This document shows, piece by piece, positions 54,163 to 64,000 of a stretch of 64,000 bases of DNA. The translations under genes and the position numbers were made by a program. Source of the DNA: an uncultured Gemmatimonadales bacterium (GTDB lineage: Bacteria; Gemmatimonadota; Gemmatimonadetes; Longimicrobiales; Gaopeijiaceae). The notes below the pieces were generated by a model. That model saw only the letters and a program-made list of their open reading frames with translations. It was not told the DNA's origin and searched no databases. The stretch is from the NCBI GenBank assembly GCA_963823035.1, contig CAWGKG010000012.1, positions 352,001 to 416,000 of the forward strand. Reading direction: 5' to 3'. How positions within the stretch are numbered: position 1 is the stretch's first letter; each line of letters begins with the position of its first letter.

Positions 54163-55591
54163 ATGGCCGAGATCCTGATCATCGACGACCACGACTCCAT
54201 GCGGGAGGGGCTCGAGCTCCTCCTGCGGAGGCGTGGCCATCGTACGCGCTCGGCCGAGAGTGGGAAGAGGGGCCTGGAGCTGCTCGACCAGGAGCCCGCC
54301 GACCTGGTCATCACGGACCTGAAGATGGCCCGCATGGACGGGCTCGAGGTGCTGCGGCGGGTGAAGGGGGCCACGCCCGAGATCGAGGTGATGGTCATCA
54401 CCGCGCACGGTACGATCGAGACGGTCGTGGAGGCCATGAAGCTCGGCGCGGCGGACTTCATCACGAAGCCGTTCTCCTCCGAGGAGTTCGGCGTCAAGGT
54501 CGACCGCCTCGTCAACGAGCGCGCGGAGCGCCTGCGCCTACGGCGGGAGAACGTCGCGCTCCGCGTCGAGAACACCTACCTGCGCGAGGAGAGCCAGGCC
54601 CGCTACGGCGAGATCATCGGCGAGTCCCCACCGATGCAGCAGGTGTTCCGCTGGATCGACCGCGTGTCGCTGAGCGACTCCACGCTGATGGTCTACGGGG
54701 AGTCGGGCACCGGGAAGGAGCTGGTCGCGCGGGCCATCCACGCGGCGTCTCCCCGGAAGGGGGGCCCTTTCATCCGCGTGAACTGCGGCGCGCTCAACGA
54801 GAACCTCCTCGACTCCGAACTCTTCGGACACGAGAGGGGGGCGTTCACCGGAGCCGAGAAGCGGCGCAGGGGCCGCTTCGAGCTTGCCGACGGGGGTACG
54901 CTCTTCCTCGACGAGATCGCGACGGTGCCGTACACCACGCAGGTGCGCCTGCTGCGGGTGCTTCAGGAGCGCGAGCTCGAGCGCGTCGGCGGAGAGGAGA
55001 CGATCCCCGTGAACGTACGCATCATCGCCGCCACGAACGCGACGGCGGACGCGCTGCGCGAGCGACGGGACCTTCCGCGAGGACCTGTTCTACCGCCTGC
55101 ACGTCGTGCCGATCACCCTCCCTCCGCTTCGGGAGCGGAAGGAGGACATCTCGCTCCTCGTGCACCACTTCATCGAGAAGCTCCGTGGGCGCACAGCCTC
55201 CCCGGCCCGCGCGGCCAGCCCGGGCGCGCTGCGCCGTCTCGCGTCGTACGACTGGCCGGGGAACGTGCGTGAGCTGGAGAACGTGATCGAGCGGGCCCTC
55301 GTGCTCGCCGACGGGGAGCAACTGGACGAGCACGACATACCGGCGCTCGGCATGGGCGGGCACCTCCACGGCCGGCGCGCTGCCGGCGGCGGGGACCTCG
55401 CCCGGGAGGCCGCGCTCAGCCTGCCGACGGGCGGGCTCGACCTCAACCAGGCCGTCGAGGGTATGGAGGAGAGGCTCCTCCGCCAGGCGCTCGAGCAGGC
55501 GGAGGGCGTGAAGGCGGAGGCGGCCCGCCTGCTCGGCCTGAAGCCCAGCGCACTCTACTACAAGCTCGAGAAGTACGGGATCGAAGCGTGA
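54163..55591 (+). CDS. Sigma54-dependent response regulator (NtrC family; frameshift near 55065)
   Basis: REC (IIDD, TDLKM, KPF), [29 protein letters not shown], Fis-type HTH. Confidence 0.95.
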
Positions 55592-56527
55592 TGCTCTGTC
55601 CGCCGAGGAGACTCCTCACGGCGGCGTTGCTCTCCCTCGCAGCGCTCGCAGGTGCCCTGTCGCCCGCCTCCGGGCAGCAGACCACCGAGCAGCTGCTGGA
55701 CGATCGGCGCCTCGAGTACAAGGCGGCCAGGGACTCCTACGAGTCGGCGCTCAGCGCGCTGCGCGTCTATGGAGCGACAGTTCTCGACCGCGCTCAACGA
55801 GGTCACGCTCGCCCGTCGCAGCGGCGATGACGCCGCGTTGGAGCGGGCCTACGCCAGGGCACAGGATCGGGCGATCCCGTACGGCAGCCAGGAGGAGCGC
55901 GTCGCAGAGCAGCGCACGGGCTTGACGACGGCCCGCAGAGCGCTCGCCGATATGCTCGCGATCCGGCTCGACCAGCTCATCGACCAGATGAACGAAGCGT
56001 CCAGCTCGAGCGAGCGCGCACAGCTCAACATCCTGTGGACCAACCTGGACCACGAGCTGCGTGAGCTGGAGAACGAGTCCGGCAACAGCCTGCGCATCGA
56101 TCCGGCGGTGATGCCCGACATCACCTTCGATCCCCGGGACGTGCCCGCGGAACGGCTGCAGAAGGCCGAGATCCTCGAGCGGCGCGCGGCCAGCATCGAC
56201 ACGACCATCCAGGACGTGGATCGCCAGATCAAGGTGCTCAACGACCGCATCCGCATGCAGCGGCAGCGCGCCGACCTGATGGCGAACGTGGGCCGTTTCG
56301 ACGATACGCGGCTGCCGGTGGTGGGCGCGCCGCCGACGAGCGACCGCGACGGGGTCCAGGAACGCCCGGCGGCGGCGGACAGCGCCACGGCCCGATCGGA
56401 GCCGGTCAGCCTGGAAGCTCAGCTCGAGCGGCTGCGCGAGACGCGGGAGCAGCTGGTCCAGTACCGCGACGAGCACCTCGTCCGGGCGAGGGTGTTCCGG
56501 GAGAGCATACGGTCGGTGGCCTCGTGA
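55588..56527 (+). CDS. Hypothetical secreted coiled-coil protein (frameshift near 55770)
   Basis: Signal peptide ([15 protein letters not shown]), helical heptad-rich body, GTGA overlap with the response regulator stop. Confidence 0.65.
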
Positions 56528-57668
56528 GGACCGCTCCCAGCGAGCCTCGACGCGCGCGCCGGCTCGGTGCTGCTCCTGCTCGTGGGCCCTGTCCGTGCCG
56601 GCAGCGGCCTCGGCGCAGGTGAAGTGGCGCGACCTGGTGGTGACGCTGGGTGGGTCCGTGGAAGGCTACGTGGGCAACTTCTCCGCGGTGACCCTTCCCC
56701 TCGTGGACAGCACCGACCACGCCACGGCGACCGTGGGCGAGTTCGGCATCCGGGGCACGATCGACCTCCTGCAGCAGAGCAGCCGCAGCCTCGACGTTTC
56801 CTTCGACGGTGGCATCCGGCAGACCGCGGCCGTCGGCTTCAAGTTCAGGGACTACGCGCCACGTGAGTGGGTGGGAAGCGCATCGGCGCGCTTCCAGCAG
56901 CAGCTCGCGTCGTGGGGAGCGCTTCAGCTGCGCGGCAGCGCGCGCGGACGCTCGGTGCACGACCGGCCTCCACCGCCCCTCTCCCTCATGCAGCCGGCGT
57001 ACGCCACCGAACAGGGTTCGGTGATGTTCGTCACACGCTCCTTCGACGGTGTCATCCTCGACGCCACCGGCGACATCGAGTCGGCCGACTATCGCGCGCC
57101 GGAGATCCTGCCGCAGCTCGACCTCCTCGACCGCACGTCGTCGGGCGTGGAGGCCGGCATCCGCTGGGGCTACACGTCCACGGTACGCTTCTACGCGGGG
57201 ATGCGCTGGACGGACTACACGAACCAGCCGAGCTACGACCCCTCCGATCCGTTCCGTCGGGACCGTACGGTACGCGCGGGGCTGGAGTGGACCTATGCGG
57301 GCAGCGTCTTCGTGCAAACCGGCGCCGAAGGGACGCTGAACCGATCCAATTCCATCCGGCCGGAATACGACGCGCTCAGCTTCCGGCTGCTCATCACCGC
57401 TCCCCTCCCGGGCGCCCTGTCGGCGAGCCTCTATGCGCTCCTCGCCCGGAAGAGCTACGTGGCCGAGACGAGCTTCACGCGGCTGGTCCCGGGCGAGGAG
57501 GCGGACAACGCGTCCGTGGCCTATCTGCAGGTCAACCGCCCGATCGCGCTCAACCTGGACGGCGTCGTCCGCTTCGGGTGGACGCGCGCGGAGACGGACA
57601 TCGGCAACGCCTACTACCGGCGCTTCGGGATGTCCCTCCTCCTCAACTATCGTCCGATGGTGCGGTGA
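56524..57668 (+). CDS. Hypothetical outer-membrane beta-barrel-like protein (5' frameshift)
   Basis: Signal-like ...ASAQ and amphipathic strands with aromatic periodicity, ending YRRFGMSLLLNYRP. Confidence 0.55.
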
Positions 57669-58332
57669 TCTCCCCCACCACGATCGCCCAGCCGATCCAC
57701 TTCCCGTGGTGGGACAGGGAGACGTCGGCCGGCGCGGCCTCGCCGTCCAGCAGCACGGCCGGAGGCCTGCGTCCCGTGTAGCCGGGCGCGCATACGATCT
57801 CGAGGCGTCGCTCCACCACCTGCAGCGCATCCGAGAGCGCGGCGCGCGCGCCGAGACGCACGGCGGCGGAGTGCACGGAGTGGACGGCATCCGCCTCGCG
57901 GGGCGTGAAACGCGGCAGGAGGCGCTCGAGTGGGCCGTGCCAGGGCCCGCCCCATTCGTCCAGGCGGACGGTTGTCGCGGATACCTCCGAGGGGTCGACC
58001 CCCACCGACGCGACGACGTGCAGCGCGGGGCCCGCCCGCCTTACGTGGATCGGGATGCGCCGGCCGTCGTATTCGACGGCCTCGGCGGTGTACACGAAGG
58101 CCCGATGCACGAAGACGGGCGGCTCACCGTCGAGCTTCGTGACCACCTTGTAGGCCGCCTCCTTGGCGGCCCAGCACGTCCACAGGGCGACGTGCGGATC
58201 CTCAGCGCGCGACACGGCCTCGCGCTCGGAAGGGGCGAGCACCCGCTCGAGGAAACGGGCATGCCCGGTCTTGCCGCGGAGGGCCGGGTCGTCGAGGTCG
58301 ACGACGTCGTTTCCGACCCGCGCCGCGCTCAC
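57643..58332 (-). CDS. 4'-phosphopantetheinyl transferase superfamily protein
   Basis: VGNDVVDL, RFLERV, WAAKEAAYK, DVSLSHHG. Confidence 0.85.
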   Translation of the reverse strand: MSAARVGNDVVDLDDPALRGKTGHARFLERVLAPSEREAVSRAEDPHVALWTCWAAKEAAYKVVTKLDGEPPVFVHRAFVYTAEAVEYDGRRIPIHVRRAGPALHVVASVGVDPSEVSATTVRLDEWGGPWHGPLERLLPRFTPREADAVHSVHSAAVRLGARAALSDALQVVERRLEIVCAPGYTGRRPPAVLLDGEAAPADVSLSHHGKWIGWAIVVGEITAPSDDS

Positions 58333-59636
58333 GTCCCCTCGTGCACGACCCTCCAGATCTTCCCCTCCGAGCTCTCCACGATGTAGAGCGAGCCGTCCGG
58401 CCCCATCGCGACCCCCACCGGCCGTGCGCCGGCGTCTTCGAAGCCGTCGGCGAAGACGTCCCACTGGGTGGCGAAGCCGTCTCCCTGCGCCGGCAGGAAG
58501 GCCACGACGTATCCCGCCTGAGGGCGCGGCGCGCGGTTCCACGACCCGTGGAAGGCGATGAAGGCGCCGCCGCGGTAGTGCTCGGGGAACTGCTGCCCCG
58601 TGTAGAACTCGAGATCGTCCGGCGCCCAGTGTCCGGGGAAGGCTACGATCGGCAGGCTCTTGTCGGCGCAGCGTCCCACCTGCTGCCCGTCGCCCCCGTA
58701 CTCCGGCCCGAGGACCTTCTTCTTCGCCTGGGGATCGTAGAAGCAGTACGGCCAGCCGAAGTCGGCGCCCTCGTCGATGCGGACGAACTCCTCGCCCGGC
58801 TTCTCGGCGTTGTCGTCCACCGTGAAGAGGTCGGGCCAGAGGCTGTGCAGCTGGTCGCGCCCGTGCACGACGCCGTAGAGCACGCCCGTGCCCGGATGCA
58901 TGCGCAGCGCCACGGTGTTGCGCATCCCGGTGGCGAAGTGCGTGCCGTCCGCTTCGGTCTGACCGGTGCGAGTCGCGTCGAACCTCCAGATGCCGGCGCG
59001 CGTGACGAGCTGCGGGCAGGGATCCTGACCGGGCGAGCCCGGCGTTCGCGTCTGCTGCTGACAGGCGTTCGAGGGCGAGCCGATGTTCACGTAGAGGCTG
59101 CCGTCGTCACCGAGCGCGATGCTCTTCGCGGTGTGGTTCCCCGTGTCCGGCAGCCCCGAGACGATCGTCTCGGGCGGTCCGGACGGCGTCATCTGGCCCG
59201 CCTGGAGCGGATAGCGCAGCACGCGGTCGTCCGGCGCATGGTAGACCCACCCGTCCGCCAGCAGGACGTCGTTGCCCCCCGCCACGCCCCACCGCTCCGT
59301 CTGGTCGGCCCGTCCGTCTCCGTCCGTGTCGCGCAGGACCGCGACGCCACCCGCGCCGGCGTCGGTGTCGTTGAGGGCGACGAAGACGTCTCCGTTCTCC
59401 GCGACCGCGACGTGGCGGGCCCCGCGGATCCCGTCGGTCACGACGATCGCGCAGAATCCGTCGGGGAGCGTGATGCCGCCGTTGTCGGGTGCGCAATGCG
59501 CGGCGAGCCCCTGTCCGGCGTCGGCGGCCTCACCCTGCTGGGCGGAACTGGAAGGACCCTCCGCAGGCGCACAGGCCAGGAGGGTGAGGAGGGTCAGGGA
59601 GAGGGCGGCGCCCGGGAGGTGGCGGCTGCTGTTCAT
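58329..59636 (-). CDS. PQQ-dependent sugar/sorbosone dehydrogenase family lipoprotein
   Basis: Lipobox LLAC, LPDGF, RDTDGDGRAD, ATGMRN, FGWPYC, FHGSWNR, RPVGVAMGPDGSLY. Confidence 0.88.
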   Translation of the reverse strand: MNSSRHLPGAALSLTLLTLLACAPAEGPSSSAQQGEAADAGQGLAAHCAPDNGGITLPDGFCAIVVTDGIRGARHVAVAENGDVFVALNDTDAGAGGVAVLRDTDGDGRADQTERWGVAGGNDVLLADGWVYHAPDDRVLRYPLQAGQMTPSGPPETIVSGLPDTGNHTAKSIALGDDGSLYVNIGSPSNACQQQTRTPGSPGQDPCPQLVTRAGIWRFDATRTGQTEADGTHFATGMRNTVALRMHPGTGVLYGVVHGRDQLHSLWPDLFTVDDNAEKPGEEFVRIDEGADFGWPYCFYDPQAKKKVLGPEYGGDGQQVGRCADKSLPIVAFPGHWAPDDLEFYTGQQFPEHYRGGAFIAFHGSWNRAPRPQAGYVVAFLPAQGDGFATQWDVFADGFEDAGARPVGVAMGPDGSLYIVESSEGKIWRVVHEGT

Positions 59637-59722
59637 GGTGTGGCTCCGGTGGGTTCCAACGGTACACGACGTTCTTGGCGGGTCCGTCGGCCGTCAAGGG
59701 TGGCCCGACGCCCGTCGGGCTC

Positions 59723-60151
59723 TCAGGAGCGGCCGCCGGCGATGCCGTGGCGGATGGGATCCGGTACGCGCATCGGCCGGCGATTCTCGCCCACGAAGAC
59801 CGCGGTCACCAGGGCGCGGGCCACCTCGGCGAAGTCGCCGGAACTTCGCAGATCCTGAGCAAGAACCATGCTGGTGCGCTTGAATCCCTGCACCCACGTG
59901 CGCACGAGGAGCCGCTGCCCGAGCCGAGCCTCCTTCACGTAGTCCACCTCGATGCGCACCACGTACACGCCCCAGCCGCGGGCCACCAGCGACTCGTAGG
60001 GAAAGCCCCAGTCGCGCAGGGCCTGGAAGCGTCCATGCTCCAGGTAGTTGAGGAACACCGCGTGGTTGACGTGACCGAACGAGTCCAACTCGTAGCTGCG
60101 GACCTCGATCCCGGTCTCGGAGACGGGCGTTCCCTCCGGTGGCTCGAACAC
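59723..60151 (-). CDS. Acyl-CoA thioesterase (4HBT/YbgC-like hotdog fold)
   Basis: VRSYELDSFGHVNHAVFLNYLEHGR. Confidence 0.9.
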   Translation of the reverse strand: MFEPPEGTPVSETGIEVRSYELDSFGHVNHAVFLNYLEHGRFQALRDWGFPYESLVARGWGVYVVRIEVDYVKEARLGQRLLVRTWVQGFKRTSMVLAQDLRSSGDFAEVARALVTAVFVGENRRPMRVPDPIRHGIAGGRS

Positions 60152-63100
60152 TAGTCCATCAGCCCCTGCTCACGGATGAGGTCGCCCAGCTCGGCCCGAG
60201 ACGTCAGCTCGAGCTTCTGGAAGATGTTGGACAGGTGCGTGCTCACCGTGCGTGGCGAGATGCCCAGCTCCTTGCCGATCGCCTTGTTGGAGCGTCGGCG
60301 CGCGACGCGGCGTGCGATCTCGAACTCACGCGGGGTGAGACCGGCCACCCCCTCGCCGACGCCCCGTGGCGGCGGCCGATGCCCGACCTCACGGAACTGG
60401 ATGCGCGCCTTCTCCAGCTCGTGCTCGGCACCCATCTGCGCGAAGACGTCATGCACGCGGCGGAGCTCGGCGAGCGAGCCCTCCACGTCTCCGATCTCGG
60501 CCAGCCGACCGGCGAGCTGTCGACGCACGCGTGCCGCGTAGGGGATCATCGGGATCGCCTCGAGGGCCTCCGCCGCCTCACGCATGGCCACCGCGCCACC
60601 CCGCGCGTCGCCCCTCTTCCAGCGCACCATCGCGTCACAGGCGTCCGCCCACGCCAGCCCGAGCTTGTGGTTGTTCGCGGTCGCGTGCCCGCGCAGCGTG
60701 CGCCCCACCTGCTCGGCTTCGTCGATCTCGCCGGCCCACAGGCACGCCTCGGCGAGGATCGGCAGCAGACGGTGCACCGCCCAGGGCGTGTAACCGGTTC
60801 CCTCCGCGATCGCGAGGCCCTGGCGCGCCGTCTCGATGGCCTTCGAGTATTCACCGAGCGCGACCTGGTAGTGTGCCGTGCCGATCAACGTCGGCACCAT
60901 CATGTGCACGTCACGGGGGCCTTCCTCGAGGAGCCCGGAGACGGCGTACGCCTCATCGAGCAGCGCCCGGACCCGGTCGAGGTCGCCGCGCCCCTGGTAG
61001 AAGAGCGAGGTGAGCGTGAGCAGCCGGGGAAGGAGCCGACGCTGGTTGAGGTTGCGGGCCAGCGTGATCGCCTGCTCGCCGAGCGCGATGCCGGCGTCCC
61101 AGTCGCCACTACCGTACGCGAGCTCGATCGACAGCTCCTCCGTCCAGAGACGCAGGACGGGCGAGCGCAGCTCGTTGGCCAGCGCGGTCGCGGCGGCGGT
61201 CTCCGCCACCATCTTGCGGGTCTCGCCCGCCATGCCCCAGAGCACGGCGAGGCTCCAATGCGCCCAGAACTCGACCGAGCGGTCTCCGGAGGGGCGCGCG
61301 AGCGCGATCGCCTTCTCCGCGTGGAACTCGGCGGCTTGGGGCGGGCCGATCCACGCGTGCAGGAGGGCGAGCGAGCGATGCACGCTGGCGAGCAGGTGCG
61401 CGTCGCCGATGGACTCGGCCACCGGGAGGGCCGCCGCCACCTCGGCCTGGGCGTCCGCACCGCGCCCCAACTCCTGGAAGCAGTGGCTGCGGATCAGGCG
61501 GATCTGGACCTGCTGCGCCTCCGCGCCGGCCGACTCCGCCGACCGGAGAGCGGTGTCGAGGTGCCGGAGGGCCTTGCGCGCTCGGCCGCACCAGAAGTCC
61601 ACCAGGGCGAGGCGACTGAGGATGGAAGCGTGCTCTTCGCTTCCGGGGGTCGACCAGGGGAGGGCTCGCTCCCAGAGCGCGGCCGACTCCTCGTACTCGC
61701 CGAGCCGGCGGAGCGCTCGCGCGAGGTCCGCCACCAGCGGCGCGAGCTTCCCCCGGCCGGCCGGGTAGCCGCCCGGCCCCTCCGCGCGATCGAGCGCGGC
61801 CCGAAGGTAGTCGGCGGCCTCGCGGTCGGCGTGACGCTCGAGCGCGGCGTGCCCGGCCGCGGCCAGATAGGTCACGGCCTTGGTGGTCAGATGACCGGCG
61901 TCGGCACGGGCGAAGTGGTAGGCCAGCTCGTCCGCGTGGTCCAGCGCCCGATCGCCCCAGTAGGCCTCCATGGCCTCGGCCACGGCTCCGTGCAGGACCC
62001 GGCTGCGCTGCAGGCCGAACTCGTGGTAGAGGGTCTCCCGCACGAGCGGATGGCGGAAGTCGTGTACCACCGTCGAGCCTTCGGTTCGCTCCGTGAGCAC
62101 GCCGTGCGCGCACAGCTCCTCCAGCGCCGAGAGGAGCTGTCCCTCCCCGAGCCCGCTGATCGACGAGAGGAGAGGGTACGTCGCGCGCGTGCCGATCACC
62201 GCCGCGAGCTCCGCGACGGTTCGCGCCTCGTCCGAGAACGCCTCCAGCGTTCCCACCACCGCGTCCCGGATGGACCCTGGAAGCGCGAAGTCCCGGGCGT
62301 CCCACCCCACCCACGTGCCCCCCCGACTCACGAGGCGACGGTTCGAGACGAGGGAGCGGAGCACCTCTTCCACGAAGAACGGGTTCCCACGCGTCCACTG
62401 GTAGAGCATCGCGGAGAACTCGCGCACCAGCTCGGCCTCCACGGAGAAGATGCGGCACACCAGCTCCGTCACCTGGTCGCGCGTCAGGGTGCCGAGGTGC
62501 TGGACATGGGCGACGCCCAGCGAGACCAGGGAGCGCTCGGTCTGGACGAGCATGGGGCTCCGGTCGCGCTCGGTGTCCTTGTACGTGCAGAGGAGGAAGA
62601 GGGGATGGTTCGCCGCCTGCCGGGCCACGAAGTGGATGAGCTCCAACGAGGAGGGATCGGCCCACTGCAGATCCTCCAGCACGAGGAGCAACGGCCTGCG
62701 CTCCGCGAAGCTCTTGAGGAACTCCGCGAAGTTCCAGAACAGGCGGGTGCGGACCTCGCCCGGGCTCGCCGCCCGCCGGATCGTGGACCGCTTCGGCGCC
62801 GGGACCGAGCGCGGGGAAGAGGTAGCGGATACCCTCTTCTCCGCCGCGGCTGAGCACCGTGAGCGTCTCCGGCTCGATGTCCCTCAGGAGCGGGAGGAAG
62901 GCGTCCGCCAGGAGCGCGAACGGCACGCCCCGCTCCACGGGGTAGGCGCGTCCCCGCCCGACGGTCACCTCCTTCCGCTCGGCCCGCTGCGCGATCTCGG
63001 CGGCGAGGCGGGACTTGCCGGATCCGCCCTCGCCGCAAAGGAGAACGCTGGGCACGGCGTGCCCCCGGTCGTGGATCAGCGCCTCGAGCTTCGCGAGCTC

Positions 63101-63178
63101 GCTGCTGCGACCGACCAGCGGGAAGGTGGCTGGGAGGCTTCCGGCCTCACTCCGAGGCGCGGCGGTGCTCGAATCCAT
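60151..63178 (-). CDS. Large ATP-binding LuxR-family (LAL/MalT-like) regulator (frameshift near 62770)
   Basis: LVGR, Walker A GEGGSGKS, LEDLQWAD, GNPFFVEE, FRHPLVRE, helical repeats, LTPREFEI...SNKAIG..LGISPRTVSTHLSNIFQKL. Confidence 0.9.
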
Positions 63179-63263
63179 GTCCTTCGACGCGGCGGGATTT
63201 CAGGGCAATGTACGGGGTCACGCTAATAGTAGAGCTTCCGCGCGTGTGGCGACACCGAAGCTG

Positions 63264-63989
63264 CTAACCCGCGACGGCCACCGTGCCGAATCGCCGTTCG
63301 CGCCCGTGGAACTCCCGAATCGCCGCGGCCAGGTCCTGCGCCCGGAAGTCCGGCCACATGCGCGGCGTGAAGACCAGCTCCGCGTAAGCGCATTCCCAGA
63401 GAAGGAAGTCGCTGAGCCGCTGCTCCCCGCCGGTGCGCACGAGCAGGTCCACGTCGGGCGAGCCCTCGCTCCCGGCGTTCATCGCTTCCGCGAGCCGGCG
63501 CTCGAACGTCTCCAGGTCCAGGCCGCTCGCCGGCCCGCAGGCGCGCGCCGCCTCGAGCAGCGTGTGCCGGCTCGAATAGTCGATCGCCAGGCGGAGGAGC
63601 AGGCGGTCTCCCCCGGCGGTGGCCTCCTCGGCCTGCTCGACCGCCCCGAGCACCTCCGGTGAGAGGCGGTCGCGACGACCGATGACGCGCAGGCGCACCT
63701 CGTTGTCGACCAGGGCCGGCGTCTCCGAGCGGAGATAGCGGCGGAAGAGCGACATGAGCGCGCGCACCTCCCGTCCCGGTCGCTGCCAATTGTCGGACGA
63801 GAAGGCGTAGAGGGTGAGCGTGGAGATGCCCAGCTCGGGAGCTCCCTCCACCACGGCACGCACCGCCTTCACGCCCTGGCGGTGCCCCCACTCGCGGGGG
63901 CGGCCACGCGCCTTCGCCCAGCGGCCGTTGCCGTCCATGATGACGCCGACGTGGAGATCGCCTCCACCGCTGCGTGCGCTCTGTCCCAT
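63264..63989 (-). CDS. uppS: cis-prenyltransferase / undecaprenyl diphosphate synthase
   Basis: [46 protein letters not shown]. Confidence 0.92.
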   Translation of the reverse strand: MGQSARSGGGDLHVGVIMDGNGRWAKARGRPREWGHRQGVKAVRAVVEGAPELGISTLTLYAFSSDNWQRPGREVRALMSLFRRYLRSETPALVDNEVRLRVIGRRDRLSPEVLGAVEQAEEATAGGDRLLLRLAIDYSSRHTLLEAARACGPASGLDLETFERRLAEAMNAGSEGSPDVDLLVRTGGEQRLSDFLLWECAYAELVFTPRMWPDFRAQDLAAAIREFHGRERRFGTVAVAG

Positions 63990-64000
63990 AGAGTCCGCGC

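Overview
Very GC-rich bacterial chromosome segment containing the replication origin. Gemmatimonadota is my inference from gene content such as the PadR/orphan-permease pair and the origin gene order. The origin block is bactofilin-M23-parB-parA, two perfect parS sites, then mnmG-acyP-mnmE-yidC-yidD-rnpA-rpmH <> dnaA-oriC-dnaN. The left arm is mostly on the minus strand, co-directional with a leftward fork. It carries glcDE-aldH-glcF, msrC-like GAF, M42 peptidase, fxsA, ispH, lpdA-marR, a GT-LemA-GNAT-DUF2207 operon, PadR plus an ADOP-type permease, carbonic anhydrase, chorismate mutase/prephenate dehydratase, lipA-pdhABC, LOG, secreted M14/M28 peptidases and Nif3. The right arm carries pyrE, a sigma54 two-component operon with envelope proteins, PPTase, a sugar dehydrogenase, a thioesterase, a LAL-type regulator and uppS. 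Roughly 25 genes, including essential ones, show 1-nt frameshifts, best explained by long-read indel errors, so many coordinates join several ORF-track pieces. No rRNA, tRNA, CRISPR array or transposase was recognised. The most notable non-obvious signals are: a Thermus-like rnpA frame that starts upstream of and fully overlaps rpmH; a probable leader-peptide attenuator before the Phe biosynthesis genes; a 9-mer tandem-repeat palindrome (REP-like); a 190-bp MITE-like element between the parS sites; an extra-origin DnaA-box cluster; a parAB-M23-bactofilin operon; and a ceramide-synthase-like GNAT inside a LemA/DUF2207 operon.
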